DNA of 64,000 nt from a virus: positions 64,001 through 128,000 of IMG/VR virus record IMGVR_UViG_3300005096_000005; one strand, given 5' to 3'. Positions 19,037 to 30,500 of this stretch are shown here, in pieces. Below the pieces are notes generated by a model that did no database searches, had not been told where the DNA came from, and saw nothing but the letters and a program-made list of their open reading frames with translations. How positions within the stretch are numbered: position 1 is the first letter of the stretch; each line of letters starts with the position of its first letter. Made by a program: the position numbers and the translations under genes.

Positions 19037-20080
19037 TTATAGTGCGTCAAAGGTAACTTTAAGTTTCCACGTGTAGTTAGGACCCGGAGACATGTTCGCG
19101 GGAATGTCGAACTTGAGAACGATCTCCGCATATCCTCTGCCGGGATAAGCAAACTCGTCAGGGATCTCCGCGACCACATCGTTATTGAGTCCTGCAGACA
19201 CTTCGTCCGGTATAGTCGTTGTGACTCCTCCGATGTCCATACGGCTGGAGCTACCTCCAACGATCTCGAAATCCACTTCGGGAGCCAGATATGTCCAGCT
19301 TCCCCACACGCGGCAATCCTGTGCGGGCGGGTCATTGAGCTGGAGCACAGCCGTGGGTTGACTGGCATCTACCGTAAACTGCCCCGGTGCAATCTCGACA
19401 GTGTAGCGATAATCCAAAAAGATATCGATCACGCCGCCCGGATCGCCAGTGGGAGGAGTCTTTCCTGCGTTTGGTCCACCAGGACTCGAATCCAGGGTAA
19501 TAACCGGATTAGCACCACTGTAATCTACGACAGCGTTCTCTGTGCTGTACGTCTCAGTGCCGCCTGCATGTGTAACCTGGAATGTTGGTGGTAGATAACT
19601 GAGAGGTTGGCTGGAAGACGGTCCAGCTTCATTCACAGTAATCTGCCAGGTGTCGTCGGTCCATGTGCTGTTTGGATTGGAACCTGTTGGCACCTCCTTT
19701 TTCGGAACCATGCTCGGGTCTACGTAAGTGTTGTCTCCGCCCGCCGGCATTGGAAAGTTCTGGTTTGCGCCATTCCCTGTGCCGAGCTCCACTTCTTTCG
19801 CAACTTCGCATAGTGTCAAACACCGGCCTCTTAAAGCAGGCTGGAAGTCCGGAGACACTCCCTGTACCAGCGGAGAAGCTTCAGAACCGTCCGCAGCCAC
19901 AAGAGTAAGGAGACAATTCATCGCGGCCGATACGCCACCTCCGCCCCCTTTGTTGTTGTAAATGCGGATAGTCTTTTCGATGCTCTGGCCACCGCGTTCA
20001 ACGGTATTGAAGTCAAGCACCGGCATTGGGGTCGGTGTTCCGCCGACCATCTCATACAGTGATAATACTGGCTGTGGCAT
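19037..20080 (-). CDS. Beta-sandwich virion protein with inserted domains, 347 aa
   Basis: Strong AAGGAGG SD; begins LDFNTVERG...IRIYNNKGG and ends AEIVLKFDIP...WKLKVTF. Confidence 0.5.
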   Translation of the reverse strand: MPQPVLSLYEMVGGTPTPMPVLDFNTVERGGQSIEKTIRIYNNKGGGGGVSAAMNCLLTLVAADGSEASPLVQGVSPDFQPALRGRCLTLCEVAKEVELGTGNGANQNFPMPAGGDNTYVDPSMVPKKEVPTGSNPNSTWTDDTWQITVNEAGPSSSQPLSYLPPTFQVTHAGGTETYSTENAVVDYSGANPVITLDSSPGGPNAGKTPPTGDPGGVIDIFLDYRYTVEIAPGQFTVDASQPTAVLQLNDPPAQDCRVWGSWTYLAPEVDFEIVGGSSSRMDIGGVTTTIPDEVSAGLNNDVVAEIPDEFAYPGRGYAEIVLKFDIPANMSPGPNYTWKLKVTFDAL

Positions 20081-20091
20081 TGTTTTCCTCC

Positions 20092-20895
20092 TTATGTAAT
20101 CACTTGTATTGGCTCAGCAACGTTGGGGTCTGGAACAATCTTTTCATCCCACGCCGCTGGAATATCTCTCGGTAAAACCGGCTGTTGGTCCAGGTATATC
20201 TCCTTGAACTCAACCCCCGACGCACCCGCTCCAACTGCCGCGGCGCGCACCCTGTCAATAGCCATTGTCTGCGCTCTCCTTAGAGATTCGAGATAACCCC
20301 TGACGGCTTCTGCTATCACCTCGGGAACGAGATTGACTCCACGAACCAACAGAACCATACGTACTCCTCGCATCTCAACAGACATAGTTGGAGCCATTAC
20401 CCCTTTGGCCACTACCCCCGCAAGAATCGTATCTATATCATTGAGCAGTTCTGCGTCAACCTGAGTATTGGCTATCGGGTCGATGAACGTAGCGAAGGAA
20501 CCACTGCCGTATACGAAGTCGGCGTAGGCTACGTCCTGGACTCGTGGATGTGTCTTTAATCTGGAATCAATAGCTATGTCATTACACGCCTGTCTGTTGA
20601 TCTGCGCTATCTGTATCCTGTTTCTCAGGGACTCGTCAGTTTCTGCAAGCACCCTGGTCAGAGCAAGCGAATTGGCTCGAAGATCAAGAAACGGCCCGGT
20701 GGCTGTCGTTGAGTTGGAATTCTTGATGCCGTCATACGTAGAGCCATGAAGCTCTGCCATGATGTTCGCAAACTCGTCAAACATCGCCTTGGCCTTGCCG
20801 CCTTCATATATATTCCCAATGCCCAGGGCTGCCTGGAACGCTTTCATCTCCACACGCAGCGCCTCAGCGCTCTTTGGGAGGAACGGTATTGGCAT
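20092..20895 (-). CDS. Baseplate J-like (P2 gpJ / T4 gp6) wedge protein, compact, 267 aa
   Basis: TATGPFLDLRA...LTR...AETDESLRNRI...VQDV...GSGSFATFI is the canonical gpJ motif order. Confidence 0.8.
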   Translation of the reverse strand: MPIPFLPKSAEALRVEMKAFQAALGIGNIYEGGKAKAMFDEFANIMAELHGSTYDGIKNSNSTTATGPFLDLRANSLALTRVLAETDESLRNRIQIAQINRQACNDIAIDSRLKTHPRVQDVAYADFVYGSGSFATFIDPIANTQVDAELLNDIDTILAGVVAKGVMAPTMSVEMRGVRMVLLVRGVNLVPEVIAEAVRGYLESLRRAQTMAIDRVRAAAVGAGASGVEFKEIYLDQQPVLPRDIPAAWDEKIVPDPNVAEPIQVIT

Positions 20896-21518
20896 TACGC
20901 CACCTCCTTCAACATCAGGTACGGCCCTTCAACAAACGAGAACGGAATTATCTCTCGAATTACCATACGAACTCCCGTCAGCACCTCTACGGCGAACAGG
21001 AGTGTCTTCTCGTCTGCTATAAAGTACTTGACCAGTAGGTGGGGACTCTGGACCAGCCCGTCTCGAGTAAGAGCGTCGATAATCTTTTGGCGGAGTGCCT
21101 CTGCCGTTACCATCGTCATGCTGTCTCCTACCTGCTCTTCGAGGTTTGCACCTACATTGGGGTACGTTCCCCAGTCCTGATTCGTTGTCTTACAGATATC
21201 TCTCACAGACTGCTTCAATGATTCAAACCTGTCTTCCGGCATATAACCCCATGTCTCAATCAACTTCTCTAATTCACCATCTGCCAGAGACGGGTACATC
21301 TTCTTTAAGGTTTCCATATAGAATTGTTTCAATGTAGCAACGTCGCTGTTTGGGTGGGAACCGGCAAGTTGCATATCATCGCGCCGACGGTTCCTTGCAA
21401 ACTTGGATGCCAGCATAATGTCCCAGCCTACATCCTCGCCATTGTCGAGAGGGTCCGTGTCCATGACAAAGTCCCCGTCATACGTGAAGGCGAAGTCTTC
21501 GTGATTGTAGTATCCCAT
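20895..21518 (-). CDS. gp25/gpW-like baseplate protein (sheath initiator), 207 aa
   Basis: DFAFTYDGDF...TTNQDWGTYPNVGANLEEQVG...LRQKIIDAL; immediately upstream of the gpJ-like gene. Confidence 0.7.
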   Translation of the reverse strand: MGYYNHEDFAFTYDGDFVMDTDPLDNGEDVGWDIMLASKFARNRRRDDMQLAGSHPNSDVATLKQFYMETLKKMYPSLADGELEKLIETWGYMPEDRFESLKQSVRDICKTTNQDWGTYPNVGANLEEQVGDSMTMVTAEALRQKIIDALTRDGLVQSPHLLVKYFIADEKTLLFAVEVLTGVRMVIREIIPFSFVEGPYLMLKEVA

Positions 21519-22162
21519 TATGTTTTCCTCACAATAGCTTTGCCATCAATTGTCACAAGCCCCTTCACGGCAGTGTCCTTAACAAACTCGCCTATCTTCT
21601 TGTCGTCAACTATCAGGTGTTCACTGCCGATAGTGGCTTCATCCTCAAATTGAACCCTGGCCATAAACCTGGTAAGGGCCTCGAACACAGACTCCCCTTT
21701 TACTAACAAAGTGTCAGCGAGCCTGGTGGCCTGTTCAACGGTCAGTCTGCCGTGGAGAAGCGAGTCGAAGTCTACTTCGAGGTCTCCCATAATGTGCTCG
21801 TCACCCTCCTGGTGGATGCCGAGACGCCCTCGCCTCATACCGACTACCGATCTGACATAACGACCGTCGCCAACAATCATCCGGTCGTCACACCATGTCA
21901 CCGACCCACAGGCTCCATAGGTGCTCTCTCGAGGAAACCTCTCCACAATGTCGTCATGCCGCGTACTCCTAACGCCCCAGTGTGTGCGATAGGTCCCTAA
22001 TTCGTGCATAAACTTCTGGCATGTCTCAAAGACAGTTCCGAAAGACACTTCGTCCTGACTCTTGTAAGCTGCCGCCAGAGAGTTCTGTCGTACCGGATTC
22101 TTGTATGAATCGGCAGGTCTTCCGTCTCTAAGGTCGGGTATAACTGGTATTCGCTTATTCAT
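21518..22162 (-). CDS. Putative baseplate spike (gpV/gp5-like beta-helix), 214 aa
   Basis: C-terminal roughly 12-residue beta repeats (MGDLEVDFDSLL/HGRLTVEQATRL/ADTLLVKGESVF); sits just before the gp25-like gene. Confidence 0.5.
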   Translation of the reverse strand: MNKRIPVIPDLRDGRPADSYKNPVRQNSLAAAYKSQDEVSFGTVFETCQKFMHELGTYRTHWGVRSTRHDDIVERFPRESTYGACGSVTWCDDRMIVGDGRYVRSVVGMRRGRLGIHQEGDEHIMGDLEVDFDSLLHGRLTVEQATRLADTLLVKGESVFEALTRFMARVQFEDEATIGSEHLIVDDKKIGEFVKDTAVKGLVTIDGKAIVRKT

Positions 22163-22695
22163 TACTCTCCACTCTGTGATCCCGACATGTCGACCACATC
22201 AGCTTCTCCGTCCAAGAACGTATCGACAATATACTTACCACCTTCGTCTTTACTGAGAGCCACCTTCGCCCCTCTGATGCCGAGACTGTCCTTGACACGC
22301 CCAATCCCCTGGGCCGTCTCCTCGTCTATAATATGAATGGCCGACCCGAGCTTAACAGACGCTCCCAGAAACCACGCTTTCAACTTCTTCATAGTCGGGA
22401 TCTTGTCTTTAGCTATCTCTGCCTCAACCACCCGGGATGTCCCGGTTAATTGAACAATGAGTAGCAGATCCCTTCCAAGAATGGGTTTCTGCGTCGTATT
22501 CCATTCCATCAGACTCTTATTGATTTGAAGGTCGCGATACCCCTCCCTGTCAAGTATCCTTCCGGTGTTCGGGTCCTTAAATTGTGCAGGCTCCCATTCA
22601 CCGTCTTCTATCCTAACGGCTGCACACACGATCCCTGTCGCGCCAATCTGATCACGATCCGGAGGCGTTGCTGTGTTTTGCTCTTGCGCCATCAT
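22162..22695 (-). CDS. Hypothetical protein, 177 aa (baseplate region)
   Basis: Coupled on both sides (ATGA and TAATG overlaps); no recognisable motif. Confidence 0.5.
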   Translation of the reverse strand: MMAQEQNTATPPDRDQIGATGIVCAAVRIEDGEWEPAQFKDPNTGRILDREGYRDLQINKSLMEWNTTQKPILGRDLLLIVQLTGTSRVVEAEIAKDKIPTMKKLKAWFLGASVKLGSAIHIIDEETAQGIGRVKDSLGIRGAKVALSKDEGGKYIVDTFLDGEADVVDMSGSQSGE

Positions 22696-23954
22696 TCGAT
22701 CCCTGCCGTATATTCTCTTACATACTTTCTGTATTCCGCTCTCACCTGTGGATTGGAACCTCCTGCAGTAATGGTGTACTTATCCGGATTCAAGAAATGG
22801 TAGAACGGGTCTACCGATTGTCCCTGAGGATTCCTGCATCCAATATGCAGATGAATACCGCTACTGTGGCCTGTGTTGCCAGCAACACCAAGCTGGGTGC
22901 CTGCTGCAATATATTGTCCTTCCGAAACCATCGGAGTGGCATGCATGTGGCCATAAAACGTGCGATAACCATTGGGGTGCTGAATCTCAACCGTGTTTCC
23001 ATAACCACTATAGGCACTTCCGCGCTCCGCATATCTGGCAAACGTAACTGTGCCTTCAGCCCCGGCATAAACCGCTGTGCTGAATGGAAGATCGTTTCCG
23101 TCGTGCAACTTTCCATTCCGAATTCCGTACGGTGAGTTGACAGTGTACCCTCCAACAAAACCGATAAACAGATCACCCTTCGTCTCAGGTCTCAGCGTAT
23201 AATCGCCACGGAGTCGCCTGGGAGCAGAAGTACGTGGTACAGGCTGTGTTCTCCCTCTACTTCTAATATCTCCCGCCTGAAACGCGCTGGCCCGCTTAGG
23301 CGTCCCATCCAGAGCTGCCTGCCTGGCCGGATATATCTCGCGCCGGACATCCTGCACGGACGCCCTATGGATATCAGCAGGAGTTCTAACGTATGTAGTG
23401 TCCGCCACCATATCCTCCCAAGCCCTCTCGGGCATGGCCTGTCCGAACAGTCCATCGTCATAGGTGTTAATCTCGCGAAGGGTAAGTGTCTGAGGCATCC
23501 CGTTGCTTGTATTATAATTACCATCCCCCGCAGAGCGGTTATCAATAACGTCAGTCTTAACGTCTGCGTTTGCACCATGCGGAGGAGGTACACTGGCGGA
23601 AAGACCTCCGAGGGTTGGGCCACTACCGAGACTGGGGGCTGATGTGAGCTGTTCGATAGACGGCGTTCCATGAATTGCGTTTCCAAGATATCCACGGATA
23701 CCTACAGGATTCGTGTTTTCGTCAAAGGCTACAGCAGCTTGAAGCCTGATCTGAGCAGGGTTTGCAAAACGCCAGGAGCCGGTCTTCCGCACCTCTCCGT
23801 GGGTTGGAAGATTCTGTTTGAGACGCTCAATCAACATGTTTACAGCCATACTTCCGGGACGTGGCGTGTGCCTCACTCCACCCTTAGACAGGACCCGAGC
23901 TTCCTCTGCCGAGCCCACAATTCGACTGTTGTAAACTCCAGTATTCGCAGCCAT
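22692..23954 (-). CDS. Peptidase M23 family protein (peptidoglycan endopeptidase), 420 aa
   Basis: NSPYGIR...HDGND (HxxxD)...YGNTVEIQH...TFYGHM...GNTGHSSGIHLH (HxH). Confidence 0.92.
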   Translation of the reverse strand: MAANTGVYNSRIVGSAEEARVLSKGGVRHTPRPGSMAVNMLIERLKQNLPTHGEVRKTGSWRFANPAQIRLQAAVAFDENTNPVGIRGYLGNAIHGTPSIEQLTSAPSLGSGPTLGGLSASVPPPHGANADVKTDVIDNRSAGDGNYNTSNGMPQTLTLREINTYDDGLFGQAMPERAWEDMVADTTYVRTPADIHRASVQDVRREIYPARQAALDGTPKRASAFQAGDIRSRGRTQPVPRTSAPRRLRGDYTLRPETKGDLFIGFVGGYTVNSPYGIRNGKLHDGNDLPFSTAVYAGAEGTVTFARYAERGSAYSGYGNTVEIQHPNGYRTFYGHMHATPMVSEGQYIAAGTQLGVAGNTGHSSGIHLHIGCRNPQGQSVDPFYHFLNPDKYTITAGGSNPQVRAEYRKYVREYTAGIE

Positions 23955-23965
23955 AGTATGTTTCC

Positions 23966-23993
23966 ATTATACTCGTATGATATAAGGTAGCAA
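23966..23993 (-). promoter_or_regulatory. Putative sigma70/sigmaA-like internal promoter
   Basis: TTGCTA (23993-23988), a 16-nt spacer and a perfect TATAAT (23971-23966) in a 40-nt AT-rich gap, 11 nt before the M23 ATG. Confidence 0.45.
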
Positions 23994-23994
23994 G

Positions 23995-24594
23995 TCAATT
24001 CTCCAAAGAATCGTTCCAAACTACAGCATCAAGAGCCTTCATCGTCCACTTGGCCAGTCGTGTCATATTGTTCGGGGACTCGTTTACAAGCATAAGACTC
24101 GCTACTTTAAACCACTCACTTCTGTCCTTTACATCCGACCACGTCGCTCTACCGGTAATGGCCTGATTGCGAGAGTGGCCGGTGGCGTTCCTATTATCAT
24201 ACAGCCACTTGGCCCATGCCACACCAACATCCACGCACAGCTTCTCGTCAGCAACAGCCTCGGCCCACGTCAAGTTTATAGGAATATTCGGATCGATCGC
24301 CCACGATCGCTGCAAGATACTGGCCCACTCGCTTTCATAAAAACGGAACAAACCCCTGGCCTGGTTCGCCAATCCGTTGCTGGCCGACAGTTTCATGGCC
24401 GACACGGTAATAGCAAAAGCCTGGCAGAACTGTTCCAGAGTTGCTCCCTGCTCTGTAATATCAAACTCAGGAAGCTCAAGTATCCTTGCTTTAATAGAGA
24501 GTCCGGCATGCGTACTTCCCACCTGCCTGACCCACACCTGGATATCCTCCGGTTTACCGGCGAGGACCTGTGCCATTGTTTTTATAGTAGACAT
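23995..24594 (-). CDS. Lytic transglycosylase (SLT)-like protein, apparently degenerate, 199 aa
   Basis: Start revised to 24594 (TAATG overlap). ARGLFRF resembles the AxGLMQ motif and ADEKLCVDVGVAWAKWLYD resembles DP..N...G..YL..L; no Glu-Ser at the catalytic motif I position. Confidence 0.5.
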   Translation of the reverse strand: MSTIKTMAQVLAGKPEDIQVWVRQVGSTHAGLSIKARILELPEFDITEQGATLEQFCQAFAITVSAMKLSASNGLANQARGLFRFYESEWASILQRSWAIDPNIPINLTWAEAVADEKLCVDVGVAWAKWLYDNRNATGHSRNQAITGRATWSDVKDRSEWFKVASLMLVNESPNNMTRLAKWTMKALDAVVWNDSLEN

Positions 24595-27500
24595 TACGGG
24601 TTCACCTCCTGTAAACCAAGTGACTGCTTTAGCGTTGTCCACGGGAAAGCGGCGCCACAATCGAACTTGCCCTGCCGAACCTGGTGATGAGTGAATATTC
24701 CGCTCCAGTTCCATGGAATACCTGTCTTCCCATAATTCGTCCATACCTCATCGGGGAATTGAGCCTGCATGTTGTGTCTTGCCATAATCCCTCTACATAA
24801 AGCGATAATTGCAGCAACCTGGACTGATGGGTAGTCCTGAAAGGCTTTCGGATTCTCTGTAATTGTTCCCTGTGGCGTAACAAACGAGAAAGCCCTGGGC
24901 CATACCGGACCAGAAGCCTCCTGCCACTGGTCTGCAGTTGCAACTTCACCCGGCGGCACTTCACGCTTACTACAAGTATACCACTTGCCATTCGGTAATT
25001 GAATTAGAGGTCCATAATTGACAATCTCAATACCAATAGTGTGCTGGTCAAATATGTGACCCCCAAATGAGCCTCTCCCCGTATGATATGACCACTTCGA
25101 TTCGTCGGCCAGTTTGTATATCGAACCATCCCTTGTAATCATATAATGTGTTCCATAGCCTCGACTGTTCCAATCCGGAATATCTGCGTCGGGCGACGTC
25201 TCTCCTCCAGCAGTGAAGTGTAAACAGATATTGTACTTGGTTGTCGGCCCGGCATGGAAAAACGTCGGGGTCTTCGTGGGTTTCAAAACTGCAAGAGACG
25301 CTGGGTCTACCATATCGACCTTCATCTGATCTATTGCAGCCTGTCCCGTTGGGTTGGCCTCTTTGTAACTACTGTTATCCCTCTCTACCGGAGGGGTTGT
25401 CAGAGCGTCAACTTTATCCATATGGTCTGTACTGTAGTATGTTTCCGAGAACGGTGAAAAGATCTTGTCGATCAGCTTATCGTAGAACCCGAGAGAGTCT
25501 CCGACAATACACCCCTGATGGCCCTCCATTCCCGCAGAGAACTCTATCCCATGAACGGTTAAGCAGTTGATAGTCACAGCCTGTCTGTTTTGCATCCAAT
25601 TGTTTATGTGTTGGACGATGGTCTGGGTCAATAAAAGTATACCACCGGCCTTGATTCCTGCCAGCATGCTTCCGGCAAAACGGCGTGCCGCGATTATGCT
25701 GGCCGGGGTTAAGTTATCTATTACAGTAGACACATACTTACCCAGTTTACTTTCCATCAGCATCGCCCAACCACTCTCTGCTTTGTCAAAGAGCGACTGA
25801 CGCAACATCATATACTTTCGTATGGTTTCAAACCCTGTCTTGTCTACCCTCAAGTACATATTGATAGCAGCCAACCTGTCGGCGTCGCTGGCGACGATTG
25901 CGTTAAGTTGATCAGAAAACTCTCCGACCCTCGTGGCTATCCTGCTGCGACACGCCGGAATGTCATCTATATGCCTCCACACATCGTGCTTTGTAACTCC
26001 CACAGCGGGATTCTTCAACAGCTCGGGATTCCCCTTAAAGAATTTATCAACTTCAGCACGTAATGCACCACCGTTAAACCATTCATCCATCACTGTCATC
26101 TTCGCGCGGTATGCAGCCTCTTTGAATGCAATGTTACTCTGTGCGGCCGCCATCTCGCTAACATTGCGATCCAATATCTCTGTCAGCTGTCGGAATTTGC
26201 TATCACCGAGCCGTGCCTTCAAATTGACCGCCGCATTAAAGTTACCGGACTCCAATACCCTCGCAATATCCTCAATGTCGTCTGCGAAGTCCACTCGCAA
26301 CGCTTCGACATCCATTATAAACTCAGTTTGTGCCGCTGTAACTGCCGGGTCGATAGAGCTACGGAACTGAAGCTTTGACCAATCATACGCCATATTGATA
26401 TCGTCAATGGACTGCATGATCTTACGGCCAATGTTTCTCCTTGTGATTAGAGGGCCTACTTCTCCTTCCTTCACTTCCGGTTCCGGCAGGTTGGCCCATC
26501 TTCCAGCGAGGTTTTTAATACGAGTGCCCCATTGGTCGAAGTCCGTAACAAGACGCACTCCCGGAACCTCTCCAATGAATCCCTGACCCACAAGCATGGC
26601 AAACACATGCCATTCGTCGTTACGCTGATCGTCCATAAATTCTACGAGAGACAGGTTGAACTGTCTGCGCAAATTCTTTACCTCAGCAACAAAGTTCTGC
26701 TCTTCTATTCGTTGCGCATACTCATGCTTTGCAAACTCCGCACCCCAGGCCCACAGATCGATCATCCTTTTGTCCACGGTCGCCACTGCACAGTCGGGCT
26801 CTGTAATGGTCAGATACCCATCCTGTGTAGAGATTATGTCTACAGTACTTCTCACATAAGCAATTCCAAACATGTCCCTGGTAGCGTCAGCTATATACTG
26901 CATGTCGTACGGTTTAATTGAAGGGTTACCTATCAATACACACTGACCCTGGTACATCTGTTTCATGAAGTCGCGCAATCTCGATCGCGCAATCGATGAA
27001 GTGTATCCTGCTGTACCAAACAGATAAGACGTTATCGATTTGAAGACTGGGAATCTGGAAACCGCTTTCGTAACCATCCCGCTGTTCACTGTGATCTTCT
27101 TTATGTGTTCTGGATGGATGTCTGTATCGGCTTTGGCGGTCTGATCAACATGCCTGCCGTCTGGGTTCTTGTATGAGTAAAGCGTTCGCGCCGTAACGAC
27201 GTTGTACAACTTCTTGCTGGAGGCTCTTATACCGTTGTTTACAAAGTCGGTCCTGTCAGTAAGAACGTGGAACTGCATGTATGGTTTGTATACCATTCCC
27301 TGCCGTTCCCATGGGGCCAGATAGTTGAGGAGCATGTCCGGGCCAATCCCTGCATCCAGAGCTTCTGACAGAGGATCTTTGCGCACATCTCTTTTGATAC
27401 GCCCTCTCGAATCCTTTTCGAAGAACTCTTTGGGGACGACAGCCTCTCCACTGGCACTGTATGTAATGTCCCTTCCCGCCCCGGTTACGAGCTGACCAAG

Positions 27501-30500
27501 CCCTCCTATTGCAACTTTCAAGCCCCCATGAACAGCTGCGGCAATGCCAAGCACTTTAGTCCCGAATGCAATATCAATAATTCCACCGCCCACTTCCCAT
27601 GCGCCACTTGTAACGAGATTTGAGTACTGTTGTTTGGCGGCTTGCACTTGCCAGGCGTGGAAGTCTGCGATACGACCCACTGTCTGAACGTGGCCCGGAG
27701 GGAATAGTCTGCCGAGGACTCGTTCGCTCTCAGGGTAGAAGTACTCACATACATAATTCCAGTATGGTTTACCAAAGAAGAACGTAGAACGCAACTCGAA
27801 AGGCTCTGCCGTTCTTATAAAGTCCGGAGCCACATCTGCGAACATCTGCGACAGAGACCAAAAAGTATGTCCGGCCGCAGCAGGCTGGAAGTTCAGGTTG
27901 GCGTCCATATCCCCGAACAGAGGAAGGTTTGAAAGATAACTTAGCCAATCTTCATTCCCGATATAACCCATATCGTTTGGAGCGTACATATTCATCTCAA
28001 GCTCTGTCACACCTAACCGGTCAGGCCCTCTGGCCACACTTCTTGGAACGGCGCCCCCAATTCCACCAACAAGAGCCCCTAACCACCAGAAAGGTCCTTC
28101 TGTAGCCACCGAAACGGCTGTCGCCCCTACCGCAGCCCCGGCACTTACCCACGTGCTGTCCCAGAAACCAGCGTCCTTATACGACTGAGACCCAAAGTGA
28201 TAGATACCGTAGGGATTGTTTTCGTACGCAGTTCCCTTCCAGACAACATTCCAGAATTCAGCCCACCGGCTTGGCGGATTACCTAACTCTCCCTTTGCCG
28301 CCATCATTCCTACCAGAAAATCACGGGCTTCAGCCCCTCTGTCAAGTGAGGCCGGCTCCTGGTATGGCTTCCATCCCATTACATTCGTTAGCTCACGCCC
28401 ATCACCTTCGGCGATCACTGTGATAGTATCTCCAAGATTACATTCCGTAACCGTTCCGGTAAAACGGTTTTTGAGAGCAGCTACATTACCGCTGTAGCCA
28501 ATGCGAATGGACATCCTAACGCCTTCTCTCAGGTACAATCCCGCATACCTGCTCATAATCCGCGTCTGAATAACCTGGGCCAGCTCTTCGTCTGTCAACT
28601 TGCGAAAAGCATGGTTAAAGCTCTTTGCGGAATCTACAGCGAAGTCATGGACCCAGTCCCACATGTAGTCGAGGCCGGTAAGCATCCAGTCTCCAAAGCC
28701 CTCTTCCTTCGCCCCTAACCGACCGGGGTCGGCGAGATTCATCTTAAGGACCTGTTCCACTTTGTCTGAAACCGGCTTCTGACTCAAACTTCTGGTGATA
28801 TTGGATAATTCGAGCACGCACGTATCGGCTGCATATTGTCTGTGTCTTCTTATAGCACAGCTTTCTATAGCATTGTAGGCGAACACGTCCGTCCAGAACT
28901 TCATCCCATACACCCGCGGCTGCTCGTTGATAAACAACAGCTTCATTGTTGGAAAGGCTCGAATCAACCGATCTCTGCCGGAGTAATATATCTCGTCCAA
29001 AAGAATGCCCGGATTGCTTTCGTTGACACCACTCATAGGAGCACCCATGTACACTTTGTCTATAGGTTTACCTGCGTACTTGGGTCCGCGCATAATGGCA
29101 TTGATAAGTGTTTCCTGGGCAAACTTATTCGTATGAGTATCGCCTGTCAGATTCATCTCACGAGACACAACCGCCATAAGAGGGATTTGTAGCTCGGCGG
29201 TGCTCAATGCACTCTTGAGGGTTCGTTCATTCAGATCGTGGAGATTAAACTGCGCATTGTGAACCTGTCTGTCGAGGTTAAGTTTCTTATCCTCCCACTC
29301 CCTTAATCTATCCTGTTGACGCTCCAGCATCAGCCTGATAGAACGAATAGCGTTTTGGGGTACCCCCTTCAGCTCTTCAAATATCTTATATTCATCAGTA
29401 CTCGAATCACGTACAGCATCCCACATGTATTGGGCGTCTGCGTATTCATCAAACAAAATTCCAAAGGTACGGTCCCACGCCTCGTCGATAGTTGACGATC
29501 CCGCTGCTTCTACTACGAAAGCTCCAGCCACTCCGAGCAACTGTCCCGGAGCTTCGGCGAGGACATCCCACAATGTTCCTCCCAAGCCCTTCCCCGATAT
29601 CTTCTTGAGTCTATTGTGCAGCTCAACTCCAATCCATATCGCCGCAGGCGCCGCTCCAGCCAACACCCCACTGTAAAGACTGGCACCAGCCAGAGCAATA
29701 CTCGCCCATTTGGCCGTATCCGATATCGCATCAACCCACCCCTCATTAGTTACAAGATCGGTCGCAATCTCGATCAAGGCCTCTCTAAGGGCATTGATGG
29801 AGCGTATGATCTGAGCCCCTTCGTTCCCCTCATCCAGGAACCAGGTCACGGCTATCTGTTTATCTAATCCGCGAGCTCTCTCTTCCAGAGACGCTTTGTA
29901 GTTTTCCGGACTACGCATCCCTGTCAGGTCTCCGATATATATATTGTCGCCAAACTTATCCACCAACCATGTTCCTGCCGTTGGATCGCCGGACTGCTCG
30001 GCCAGGATGTTCACAACTGTAGAAAGATAAGCATTGCGTGGTACCACATAAAAGTCAGGGTCGACGTATAACCCTCCATTGTCGTTTAGTACGCTCATGA
30101 TCGCTTTCAGGAATGGCACCTTCTCGGCACCGTCCTGGTTCACGCTGTGAAGTAGGTTCTCCAACGCCGCAATAGAAGCGCGAGGTTCGGTGAAGTCAAT
30201 ACCCCCTGTGATGGATTCCAATACAATGTCAGTCGCATCCTCTGGCGAGAAACTATGAGCCAGAACGCCCCGGTTGTTCGTGAAGAAATTGACGAGTCCC
30301 GCACGAATGCGTCCCAGATTCTTGCGCATTAAAAAGTAGATAACCTCAACATATCTGGGAAGAAACAGATCCGGATAAGCCTCGATCTCTGCCAACCCCT
30401 CCTTCATCTCTTTAAGCCCTTTGTTTTGCTCCGCTACCTGGATGTCGGGAGGGGTCAGCCCGGGAATATAATTGTCACTGTCAATCTTCGGGTCGGGGCG

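Noticed and set aside
24595-24744. N-terminal extensions in the ORF track (also 7113-7145 and 11419-11466)
   Set aside because: They overlap upstream genes deeply, whereas downstream ATGs give exact TAATG/ATGA coupling.
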